Positions 48,600 through 60,132 are shown, counted from the whole stretch's first letter. The stretch is DNA of 63,058 bases, filler included, from Hyphochytrium catenoides (GCA_900088475.1; 6 parts of 6 records of this genome joined end to end with filler, not necessarily neighbours in it), one strand, 5' to 3'. Translations and numbers: made by a program. The notes: a model not told the origin generated them from the letters alone.

Positions 48600-49830
48600 C
48601 ATCCCCTGGCTTATCACACAGGGGAGCCGAGGGCAAGCAATGTGTCCTCAACAATCAAGCAAAGAAGTCTGGTCATTTTACTTTCATTGGTTCTGGAAGG
48701 GACTTTGCAGCTTCGTCTTTGCTCCTCCTCACCTGTTAGAGGTGATGGCCTTAGCTTTGACAATGACTAAATAATGGCCACCCCTAAATCAGATCATGTG
48801 GACGGACCGAGGTTATTCAGATTCAGTCACAAGCCTTCAATGACCCATCCATTGTATGCCTGCACAGCCCTATTAGTAAAACCAGCTGGAGACTTGAAAG
48901 ATTTATAGACCTGGACGAGCACTCGGTGACCATGCTGAACGCCATCGAAAAATAGGCATCACGACACAGCTGCGTTGACCTCAGTCTGGAGATAGGAAAA
49001 AGTATCATCTGTGCATCATCGTTAACCTCTAAGGACAGCTTGAGTCATATTAGTAAGACGATAGGGCGAGCGATGATGACCTTCAGCTGCCGCTTCAGAG
49101 TAGATAAACAACGAAAATACAGGCCTGGGGTGTGCTAAGCGATACCAGCAGATTATAACGAAGAACAGGGTTAACAGGTAAGTGAACAACTATGAAGGTC
49201 TACAATGTCTGACTCTAGCCATCATTGTTGGCATAGTTCAGGAGCCAGGTCAACGACCTCAGGGACAAGGTGGGAAATTAATACAAAGGCAGAAGAAAAG
49301 GGAAGGAAATGATGCTAGAGTAGCAGCGAGCATGAAAACGGGAAGACAGAGTTGTCATATGACCCTCAGTAAGTCTTTGATTATTAGTCATTTACTTGGA
49401 GTTAGACGTAAACTAGACTCACTCTTACTTATAAATAGCTGTTCATTATCAAGAAATCATTGACAAGCAGTTATAGTTCTACCCCTGCCGAATCTGGCTG
49501 GCATGACAAGGCACATGACACTACTTTCCTTGAAAAGGGTTCATCTGCCTTGCCATGACAGCCAGACCAGGCAGGAGTGGGGCCGCAACCCCACCTACGA
49601 ACAACCCAAAGTTAGTCTCTAAAATGTCGTACCTGCATACAAAGTCCCAAGCCAAAGGAGGTTCTGCATCACCCACCGAAGTGGTTGTTGGACTTATTCA
49701 TGGCTGTCAGTTCATGGGTCCACAGAGGGAGGGGAGCTCCAAATCGTCTGCTTGCAGGTTATAACGCAACCACCAGCAAGTAGGCGGAAGTTGGAGCTCC
49801 CCAACCACACTGCGTAGCGCGACCCATGCC
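48600..49830 (+). repeat. Right copy of the scaffold-terminal inverted repeat; outer part strongly self-complementary
   Basis: Matches 34386-35475 in reverse; hairpins at 49484-49575 and 49713-49828. Confidence 0.92.
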
Positions 49831-51811
49831 NNNNNNNNNNNNNNNNNNNNNNNNNNNNNNNNNNNNNNNNNNNNTTAATTAATTAANNNNNNNNNNNNNN
49901 NNNNNNNNNNNNNNNNNNNNNNNNNNNNNNTGGGCAGAAGCAGGCGCAAGTAGCAGAAGAGACAGGAATGTGAGAGCAAGAGAAAGAAGAGAAGACCAAG
50001 ATAAAGAGTGCCAAGCAAGGAGGAGAAGAGTGAAGGTCATCACCTTTCTTATAAATCTTTCCCTTGAACTCCTGCCGGAAGACGCGCTCTGCCTCTTCGT
50101 AGGAATCAGCCATCTCTCTTCTGAGGCAAAGCAAAAAGGGGAAAACGTCAAGGAAAGCAAATGTCAGTTATGGGAGAGGCGAGAGGGAAGAGGGAGATAC
50201 GCACCAACGGACCACGGTGAGAGACTTCAAGGGAGAGGTATAGTGTGTGGGAGAGAGGAAAAGAGAAAGTAAGAAAGAGAGAAAGAGGAAGAAGGAGAAA
50301 GAGAGTGAATGAAAGAAAGAGGGAGACGAGAGAGAGAAAGATGAAACCTTGAGACAGAGCGATAAAAGCGAGACATCGTAGCGAGAGAGAACACGCTCCG
50401 GTAGTAAAGTGTAGAATGAGAGAGAGCGCGCGCGAGAGAGAGAGAGTGAGAGAGAGAGATAACGAACCTACGTGCTCGCGAAGCTGGGAGGAGAGAGCAC
50501 ACTGGAGGAGAGGGATAACGGCTTTCCCGAGTACTCACCACTTCTCTTTTTTTAATCTTGTTACTATCCTTTTCTCTCTCCTGCGTGGCTTGGCTATTTG
50601 GTCCTGTGCGCTGAGTGGCAGGATGTGAAGTGAGCCTTCTTCCCAGCAGAGGCCCTTTCTCGTGCTTCCGCTCTCGATCTGCTTCTTCCTATGTCCTCCT
50701 CTTTCTTTCCTCTGGCTAGACCTACTTTTTGCTCTCTCTCTCTCTCTCTGTCTCTCGCTCTCTCTTTTCCCGTCCTCTTTGCTTTCTCTCTCTTCTCTCT
50801 CCTCCCTTCCTTTTCTCTTTTTTGACCAGCACCATTCTTTCAGCTCTGTCCAAGGCTCTGTCTCCTATTCTTTCTCTGTCCTGTTACCCTCTACCAGGCT
50901 GCTCTGTCGTCTCCTCTCTTGTCGTCCCCCGAGAGAAAGGCATCTCTTTCTCTCTCTCTCTGCTGCTACTCGCTAGGGTCCACTCTTCTGTCTGTCCTTC
51001 TTTCTCTCTTTACTCTATCCCCCGCTTGTCTATCTCTCTTCCCTCTTCTCTTCTCTTTTTTATGATCTTGGTCTCGTCTCTCGGCAGAGCTCCGCAAAGT
51101 TGCGGGGCATGGCTTTCTATCTCTTTCCTCGCCGCCTCCCTCTCGCCCATGATGACGGACCCTTCTGTCATTCTTTTCGCAAGTCCCAAGACGGAGACAC
51201 AAGAAGCCAGAGAGAAAGAGCAGCACCAAGTGGTTCATCTCTGTCTCTCTTCGTCCTCTTTGTTTCTCCTCTTTCTACCTCGGATCCCTTCTTCTTTCTT
51301 CCCGTCTAGCTCTGTTCTCTCTTCTCCTAGTCTCTCTCTCATATTCCAGTGTGCTTACTGGCTTGCTGCAGCTCTTCTTCTCTTCTCATTGGTTGTTGCT
51401 CCCACCAAGGATAGAAGAAGGCTTTCTCTCTCCTGCTGCCTGAGGTCAAAGGCGCATCTATTACTGTTTATCATCGAGCACAATCAGCGGCGGCATCCCT
51501 TCGATTCGTTGTTTGCCATCCCAAGGACAACGTTGGCTCCTTCGCTTTGCGAAGAAAGAAGAAGAAGAAGGGTGAAAATAGAACTTTTCTTTCTTCTTCT
51601 TTCAGGCAGCTGCTACTGCTGCTTCTGCTGTTGGTCTCTTTCCCTCCTTCTCCTCGGCGTGAGGGTGCTCTCAGCAGGACACGGTGGCTGTACCTCTGGG
51701 CCTGTGGGCTCAGCAGCAGCAGGATGCACAAGCGCCGTCGTTGGGTTCCTTGTGCTGCCTGTGTCATCGCCCCTCGTCCAACACTTGAGGGTCCCGTCTA
51801 GGCCTCTCTCC

Positions 51812-51851
<40 letters not shown>

Positions 51852-52338
51852 AGTTCCTCTCGCTCTCTCGCTCTCTCGCTCGCGCTCACCTCCTCCCAGT
51901 CTTCCGTGTCACATCCTCTCTTCCCTTCCATCTTGGCGTTTGTTCTCTCTTTCTCTCTCTTCCCTTCTCTCTCTTTTTTCTCTCTCTCTCTCTTTCTCTC
52001 TTCGTTGTGTTCCCTTCTCTCTTCTTCTTCATTTTACGAGTACTAGAAACCACTACATAAGGCCTATTATTGTCGCAAATATTATTAGTTAGTCAGCTAT
52101 CTTGCTCGATATCGCCTTGTAGAAACAAAGAGATTTATTCCACTCTTTCCTTACTGAGAAGTAAGTCATCATTAAGACAATGAGCCTGTTATTTTCGCCA
52201 TGTGCCTCATAGACACCAAGAAACAAAACGATGTTCTTTTGCGGGGTTCAGGTAGGTCGCTCTCTCTTCTGTTTCTCTGTTTCCCTCTCTCCCCCTCTCT
52301 CTCTCTCTCACACTCACACACTCTCTCTCTCTTTGCTC

Positions 52339-52369
<31 letters not shown>

Positions 52370-52431
52370 TTCTCTCCCTCTCACGCACACACAACTCGCT
52401 CACACACATTCTCTCTTCTCTTTTATACTCT

Positions 52432-52473
<42 letters not shown>

Positions 52474-53083
52474 GTCTCTCCTCCTTTTCGCTCCTCATCT
52501 CCGCTCTCTACTCTTCTTTTCCTTCTTTCTCCTCTCCCTACAGTAGTAGTACCTCCCACCTCCCGCAATCTCTGAAACAGTGCGCATTCATCCGCACAAG
52601 GAGCTGCTTGAGTTACACAATTTAGCTAAGTTAACCCTCATAAGCGCACTACTGGAAGCCCATTAACTACTACTAGAGGTACGTACGTTTAGCCTCGTCA
52701 GGTCTTATATTTCTAACTCTCCACGGAGACCGCACATAGAGAGCGCTATCATGGTAAACTTTAAATAGCACGGCCATCTCTGTATAAACCCCAGACGGAA
52801 TACCGCACAACGACGCTTCTGTTACAATTGTACTGTGCGGCTAGGGAGATCATGCGTCCATCAGAATCATGCGTCCATCAGAATCGTCGTTGTCATGAGC
52901 GGCCAAGGACCAAGGACGGAACGCTGCCGCGGGCAAGCGGATCCTGCTGCTTATTCATGGATTCACCATAGAATGAGAGCTGATGACGATGCGTGGTTGC
53001 CCGGAAGAGAAGGAGACAGATGTGAGTCTCCAGAAAAGGTGGTGGCCGTGGCAACATTTTGAAACAGCTTCAAGACTGAAAGA

Positions 53084-54556
53084 ATGATATGGAGAGAGTG
53101 GTGGCCAGCAACAAACACCAAAATAAAGGAGGTCGAGCGTGACAAGACCATCATGAAAGAGAGAAGAACGCAGATGCCAGAGCAACTCAGCGGTGTTTGG
53201 CTACGCACGGAGCTGGAAGAGCCGACAGGAAGGCCAGTGAGCACCTGCTTATCGTCCACCGTCCTCTGGTTCCAGAGTCGGACGGGGCTGTTCCTCGACC
53301 TTCGCCTACCACAAGCCAGCCCTTTCTGTACTCTCTCTGAGCCTCTGCTCGAGTCTCATTCATCTTCTTCTGAGGGTCACTCCTCCACGAGATATCACCC
53401 TCACACTCAACAGTTTGATGTTCCGCAGGCCACTAGAGTGCATGGTGAGGAAGGGCGAGAGAGTCAGCCTCGAGAGGACGTCTCTAATCTCTTACTGAGA
53501 CTACAGGACGTGAAGTCATTTGGTGGTCATTCAGTCTTTGACAGCGGCACAAGAGAGATCACGTGGACAAGGGAGTTTGATTATCGACTACCCGGCACCC
53601 CCGACGTCGGAAGCATTCGCTTCTTGAGAAAGAATGATCACAAAGCGCAGAAAGAAGAAGAGAAGAGAGAAATGACGGAAGAAGGTAGTGAAGCTGAAGA
53701 AGTGAAACATGAAAACCCCGAGGACTGCTATTGTGGAGAAGAGGAACTCCTGCTACAAGAAGATGGTACTCTTCCAGGTGACGACTATAGAGAGATTTGG
53801 TTATCGTTGACCTGGGGTGCGAAGAAGAGAGATGCGACAAGGGAGTTCGAGAGCGAGCTGAAGGAGGACAAGCAACGGGAGGCGAGGAATAGTTGCATCT
53901 GTCACAAATCTCTCTTAGTTGATCGGGCATTCCGGCTTACAGAGAAGAAGAGTTCTATCGTCGAAGACAGAGGTAGAGGAAGAAGTGGTGCAGAAGGGTC
54001 TGCCTGCAGTACGGCCCCAGCAGGCCGAGTAGGGCTATTCCTGGCTATTGGAGAATTTGTTGCTCTCGGCATATCTCGGTCCCCCGATGTGATCTCCAGC
54101 ACCACGTTGCCCACTTGTGAAGGTTTATCTGAGCATAATCTGGGGAAAACAGGTAGCCTCAAAGAGCCCGCTAACCTGGATCTCTTGTCAGCTATCTTCG
54201 GTGACAGGAATGTGGTTGCCAATGGGGAAGAAGGAGGATGGAGGTGTGGGGGCCTCTCTCTAACTTCACGGGAAGAAGCGAAGGCTGTATGCGACCGACT
54301 GTTGGAACACGTATGTATTGTGGCCAAAAGGATTGACCCTGCCGTGTCTCCTGGTTATCCTTCCTCTGAGCCTCGACCTGCCGCTTGTGCTACAGACAGC
54401 CAGGTAGGTAAGGGAGTAATAGGATGGCAGCCCCCAGAGGGATGTCAGTATCGAGTTATTCTCGCCATAGATCCTACGTTGCAAGGCGAAGACTTCTTTG
54501 CATGCGAAAGGATAACGTCCCTTCTTAGCCAGTTCTATTGGGAAGAGACAGAATAG
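53084..54556 (+). CDS. Intronless hypothetical protein, HRI1-like
   Basis: 490-aa ORF. The pattern GVWLRTEL...TVLWFQ...LFLDLRLP...SFGG...TWTREFDYR...DVG...EDG...YREIW resembles HRI1-family proteins (recalled, not searched). The true start may be ATG 53153 or the next Met. Confidence 0.65.
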   Translation: MIWREWWPATNTKIKEVERDKTIMKERRTQMPEQLSGVWLRTELEEPTGRPVSTCLSSTVLWFQSRTGLFLDLRLPQASPFCTLSEPLLESHSSSSEGHSSTRYHPHTQQFDVPQATRVHGEEGRESQPREDVSNLLLRLQDVKSFGGHSVFDSGTREITWTREFDYRLPGTPDVGSIRFLRKNDHKAQKEEEKREMTEEGSEAEEVKHENPEDCYCGEEELLLQEDGTLPGDDYREIWLSLTWGAKKRDATREFESELKEDKQREARNSCICHKSLLVDRAFRLTEKKSSIVEDRGRGRSGAEGSACSTAPAGRVGLFLAIGEFVALGISRSPDVISSTTLPTCEGLSEHNLGKTGSLKEPANLDLLSAIFGDRNVVANGEEGGWRCGGLSLTSREEAKAVCDRLLEHVCIVAKRIDPAVSPGYPSSEPRPAACATDSQVGKGVIGWQPPEGCQYRVILAIDPTLQGEDFFACERITSLLSQFYWEETE

Positions 54557-57500
54557 GCACAACAGAAGGTGGAGGTCAGCTAGGGGCCTCTCACGGATTA
54601 GTACCACTCACGATGGATGAGAGGAAAGGAGGAGGCAGCCACAATGTCGAGAGCCAAGCCGATCTTACTTCATCTCGCTGTTCAATCGCATCATGCGCAG
54701 TGCGTTTGATGGGTAGGTTGGCCCCAGCAACAGCCCTGATGGTACACTCGATCTAACTGTGACACTAGTGATCGTACGGCCCGACTCATGATATAACCAG
54801 TTGGTAGGTGGAGTGATAAGAAGCTATAGCAATGTGGACATGAGTTATATGGACCTGTAAGAGCCCAAAACGCTAACTCCTCGCTTCGGAGGATTGCATG
54901 TGATTTTGATCAAGCATCATCATGACAGCCACTGTTTCCCACAAAGTCATCATCTGTCTCTTATGTCCCCACACACTGACTGTGAACTGACTGTCAGAGC
55001 CCCATTGTCCGTCCACCATCTATTGTCTAAAGCCCTCCTCTTATGTGTGGGGTGAAGACTCGTGGAAGTCCAACAACTAATCCCTTAGCTCAACCCCAGT
55101 GCTGCAAATTATTCCAGCACAAGGCAGAGATCAGAGGCAACAATACCTTCTTTTTTACATAGAAGTAGGTTTCTTCGCCGACTGCAACAGGAACCAAAGA
55201 TGGGTAAGACAAGCCTTTCAACTTCACTCTTCCTTGATGTCTTAGAAAATAATGTTCCCAATAGGCACGATGAAGGAAGTCACCTCATTGAAGGTATGAG
55301 AGTAGACGTAGAAGGGACAACACCAGTTGTAAAGGGAAGAGATGTTCCTAACGCTCCCTCCTCAAAGCATTCGGCGAGGGACTGTAGCACCACTCAGCGC
55401 TGGCTGCCTCAAAGAGCACTCTAGCAGTAGTGCCGGCCATGAGGCCGCTCGCTGGGCATTATCAACGTGTGATAGTGATATAATAGGGGGAGGTGGACCT
55501 ACTGCAGCGGGTGATGATGGTCGATAGCCGGTTGCTGCAGACATCAATCATGATCAGCGCCTTAACTTCTTCATAATAATACTACCTCCTCCTCTAGTCA
55601 ATGATGATGGCGATGATCGCCGCCAGCAGCAGGTGAATGCCGCTGCTGGCCGTCTTCGTTCTTCTTCTTCTTCATTCCTCATCATTAGTACCGTAGGTAT
55701 ATCCTCTTCTTTCAGTCATCATTAGTTGAGGCCAATCATGGGATAGAGTTTCTGCTGCTTTTCAATGCATTAAAAGGCAGCAAGTAGCCACTTTCTTCTT
55801 TCTGCTCCTCATCCTCTTCTTCTTCTGCCATGGCAGCATCGTCTCGGCGCTGGTAATATCGAACAACCAAAAAGCAAGTCGATGAGTTTGGATTGCCCGG
55901 TTCTTCTGGGTTGACGGTTAATAACATCGTCGAGAAGAAGAAGCTGTTGGGATAAACGGAGGCGAGGTGTACTATGAGGACTAGAAGTGATCGATTGTTA
56001 GTGAGTCTTCTATTCTATAATGTTGAGGACGAACCGCGAGAAGATGCGGACGACGGGCAAAAGAGCAATGTGTACCTCCTCTTCTAGCAGCTCCATCAGT
56101 CACCATTGATCACAGTGACTCTTCTGCTCCGCCATGCATGCAGCGGCAACGCTCTTCTGGCTTCCGTTGCTCCTCGGCGCTCTCTTGTTTCTTTTCACCC
56201 ACGCGTTACCCTTAAGGGGTTATACTAATAGAAGAAAAGGACGAAGAAATGGAAGAAGAAGAAGACGAAGGAAGAAGAAGCGTTGTGAGAAACGGATAAT
56301 TTGATGACCACCACGACGAGGAGCGCTGAGATTTGGAAGTTTGAATGGTGGGTCTCAAGGACAGAGCAGGAGGGGGTCGGGCGGCCATGCGACGGACGAC
56401 GGAGGAGGAGAAGGAGGAGGACGGATTGATGCATGATGACGATGATGATGATGATGGGTGACGCATCATCCTTTGTTGGGGATCAAGATGAAGACCGATT
56501 GATACTTCGAGGTGAGCCCTGTGTTATTAGTATGATGGGCCGTCAGGCAAAGGCTAGCGCTAAGATAGTTCACTGAAGCTGAGGGCCCGAAGGCGCCATA
56601 GCCATATTTGGAGCTCATTTCATGCTGCCTCTTGCGGTGCAACAAGCTCTCCTACGAAGGAGCTGCTCATCAGAGGTCTACCATGGCCAATTCTTCTAAG
56701 GATTTCTCAGCAGTGCGCTGCCTAGAGTGTGGTGGTCAACAAGGGAAGAAGAATGACCAATTGGTCTGGAAATACGTACTCCTCCTGCAGGCACGCACAT
56801 CATGATGATACATCCACCAGACAGCTAGCAGGTCTTGCCATGCCTCCTGCGGACCTCCTGATTATCAGCGATGGATGTTGAGAGGTCCGGACTTGCTGCA
56901 AGGAACTGCTTGAGAAGAGGCAGGCGGTGGTGGTAGAGGCTGCTGCTGCAGGTATGACCCCTAACCCTGCAGCAGCTCATCGGCAACACAGAGTTCGCGT
57001 GCTGCTGCTCGCTGCTGGCATTGACGATGCTATGGAGACGGACAGCAGCTAGCAAGGAGGAGAGCGACGACGTAGTCCCAGCAGGCAGCAGGCATCGACG
57101 ATGATGAAGAGGCAGTGATGTCCGCCGCCTTAGATAACGTTAGAGACCTAGATAGAATATACAGGAGGAGCGCTAAGCCGCCATTGACTCTTAGCCATGC
57201 TTAACATTAGGGAAGGAGGATCCGGAGGAGGAGGCTGGGCTGGTCGCCCGTCAAGGTCAGAAAGAAGAAGGAAAACTAAGTTCTTCTACCTCCGTGCCAA
57301 ACTGCTCTTATTCCTCCTGAAACTCCTTCTTGGCTAGTCCTAGAAGACACTGTGTGGGATTGCAAGCCTCGTACCTGGATTACGTTTATGTTATTGCAAG
57401 CCCGTTGTCAGGAGACGTGCAGTACATTTGGTGTCCGTCCGTTTCACCCGCATCTTTTGGTCAGAGCTTGGCGGTCGGTAGTGTAACGCCTGACTGTTTC

Positions 57501-58205
57501 TTTCTTGGAGCTTCGTCGCCAGTGGCGTTGAAAGAAAACCTACTAGCCTCTTGCTTCTATCTTCCCGTTCATTACTATTACTTATGGCTGTGTTGTTTGT
57601 TTCGTCTCAGAGGCCTATCTAAACGCACGCCGCAACACCGACCCCGCCGCCGGCCACCACTGCTCTGCACGAGTCTATTATGTTCCCGCTACGGGCCCCA
57701 ACAAGCTGATGACCATTATCCAATTTTCTCTTGCCACTCAATCGCCAACGGAAAGATGAGCCCACCAACCACTCTAGATCTTTCGCTGGCGCTACTTAGC
57801 CATCTCAAGTCTGTCCCTTCCGTCTCGGACGAAGCTCTACTACAGCATCTTACTGAGATTCGAGACCATATTGATGAACTTCTTACCTCCTACATCAAGA
57901 CTACTTCTACTAGTGGCAACAAAGAGAAGCCCAGGAAGCTAAAGGTGGTCGCTCAACAACGGTCCCATGCAAGCCTGAAGAGCACCAGTACGAGATCAGT
58001 CCTGGGAGGTGACCTCCAGCAGAGAAGTGGTCTCTTCAAGCAGAGATCACGGGTACTCACTGCTGTCCGTACCCGAACAATATTCAACATTCGGGAGAGC
58101 AACTTNNNNNNNNNNNNNNNNNNNNNNNNNNNNNNNNNNNNNNNNNNNNTTAATTAATTAANNNNNNNNNNNNNNNNNNNNNNNNNNNNNNNNNNNNNNN
58201 NNNNN

Positions 58206-58315
58206 GAGAGACCACAAGAAGACGCAGTTCGAGCGACCTCTGCCAGCGTTATCCCTGACTGCAAAATGATATCAGCAACTTACTCTATCCTCTCTCCATC
58301 TAAATCTCTCTTTGG

Positions 58316-58349
<34 letters not shown>

Positions 58350-58631
58350 CCTTCTTGCGCGCGCGCGCTCTTTCTCTCAGTTTTCTCCCTACACCTTCGT
58401 TTTTCTGAGAAGTAAGCACGAGGACGGAGGGGTACAATGAGAGAGAGGCCGTACTTGGACCCGAATGGTCTTGGCGCGTTCATCCAGATGAAGTACTTTT
58501 CTAAGCCCTCCAAGGGAAATATGGAAGTCTCCCTTCTTTCTAACTGTTTCCCAGGTCATGCATAGCCAAGAGAGAGGCCGAGAGAGAGACAAAAAAAAAG
58601 CAGAGATGGGAGCTTCAGGGAACTGCATTGA

Positions 58632-58662
<31 letters not shown>

Positions 58663-59757
58663 TGTAGGTAGATGGTGAAGAACTTATAAAGACAAAAAAG
58701 ACTCATTTTGAAAGCCAGGAGAAGGTGCCAGAGGACGTCCAGAGAGAGACTTACCACCAGAAATGCTCAGGAATCTCACTCTCAGTGCTCCTTTCTCTCT
58801 CTCTCTTTCCGTAGCTCGAAGTAGGTTTTGAAGCTCTCCCACCGACGCTGGAGTGGCAAGAAACAGAGGAAATGGAGACTTTTCTGGGCGTGGGAAAGAG
58901 AGAGAGACGGTATCGAAAAGGGAGGGAGAGAGAGACAGAGCGGGAGTGAGAGAGAGAGAGCGAAAGAGAGAGAGAGGAAATAGCCATACTATAATGAGAG
59001 TCCCTACGAAGAAGACACCCTCCTGTCAAGCCAAGACTAGGAGATAAAAGAAGGAGGAGACCATGGTCAGAGGAGAAGACGAAGTCACTTTCGCAATACC
59101 GGTCGCCAGAGATTGCGGCCTCTTCTCTTCTCTCTCTCTCGTTCTCAGGACTGCGTTATCTTCCTTCCCTTGGCAACTCTCTTCCCCTAGGAAACTCTGC
59201 ACCCGCTGGATGTATTTCCTCCTAGCTTCTCTCCTCGACAGGCCAACATTGTTCTTCCAGGCATCCCTAGGGTCGGGGTAATGAGAGAGAAGAAAGGAGA
59301 GAAAGACAAGACACAATATGCAGAGAAAAAGAGAGGAGAAGAGAGACGGAGATTGAATACCTGTGGAAACCTGATCACTAAAGAAGGAAAGAGAAGAGGA
59401 GAGGGAGAGAGAGAGGAACAGAGAGAGCAGAGAGAGAGAGAGAGAAAGCGAGAGAGAGAGGAAGAAAAAGAGCAGAGAGAGGGAGAGAAAGCGAGAGAGA
59501 GAGGAAGAGAGAGAGCAGAGAGAGAAGCGGAGAATGGAAAGAGGAAACAAGGAAGGAAGAGAGAGGGAAAGAGATAAAACTAACACGCATAGAGAAACGT
59601 ATTCCAAAATGAGAAAGAAAAAGAAGATTCGAGGAAGCTGCGAGCGACTCTCAAAGAAATCTCAGGGAAGAAGGGATAAGCGATCAAAAGCGGAAGGAAG
59701 GGAAGAGACAGCGAAAGATCCGCACCATTTTGCACGGCCCACAAGATCCATAAGACC
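58206..59757 (-). CDS. Partial gene: acyl-CoA-binding (ACB) domain exons followed by FAD-binding type 4 (PCMH/VAO-family) exons
   Basis: GLMDLVGRAKW|DAWKNNVGLSRREARRKYIQRV (ACBP signature across a GT-AG intron); downstream ISLGGLRKVLHLDERAKTIRVQ|SGITLAEVARTASSCGL (phase-0 intron 58454-58259). The middle exons are unresolved and both ends run into gaps. Confidence 0.65.
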
Positions 59758-59929
59758 TAGAAAGAGACGGAAAAGAGAGAGACAGAGAGAGAGAGTAAGA
59801 GAGAGAGACTACTGGGAGAGCAGGAAGAACAACCCACCAAAAGCCAGAAGGTCAGCTACCAAGAGAAGTCGAGACAGAAATTTTGGAAGACAGAGCAGAA
59901 GTAGATCGGCCCGTGAGCGTGTGTGACAC

Positions 59930-59962
<33 letters not shown>

Positions 59963-59979
59963 AAGAGAGAGAGAGGGGA

Positions 59980-60030
<51 letters not shown>

Positions 60031-60132
60031 CANNNNNNNNNNNNNNNNNNNNNNNNNNNNNNNNNNNNNNNNNNNNTTAATTAATTAANNNNNNNNNNNN
60101 NNNNNNNNNNNNNNNNNNNNNNNNNNNNNNNN

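Noticed and set aside
45870-48950. CRISPR-like repeat array
   Set aside because: Eukaryotic context, irregular 0.6-2 kb spacing, homologous inter-motif sequence and no cas genes.
49555-49764. Small ORF conserved in both terminal repeats as a protein gene
   Set aside because: Short, no recognisable motifs, different stop positions; conservation follows from DNA similarity.
49750-49780. CAGG...AGCA resembling SRP RNA helix 8
   Set aside because: Spacing is too long, there is no GNRA cap, and the other copy has AAGG.
34386-49830. Polinton/virophage interpretation of the TIR-bounded 15-kb unit
   Set aside because: No polB, rve integrase, packaging ATPase, protease or capsid ORFs are visible.
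49931-52630. 374-aa and other ORFs; fragments MADSYEEAERVFRQEFKGKIYKK and DGTLKCW
   Set aside because: Low-complexity TC-driven ORFs; the fragments are too short to assign.
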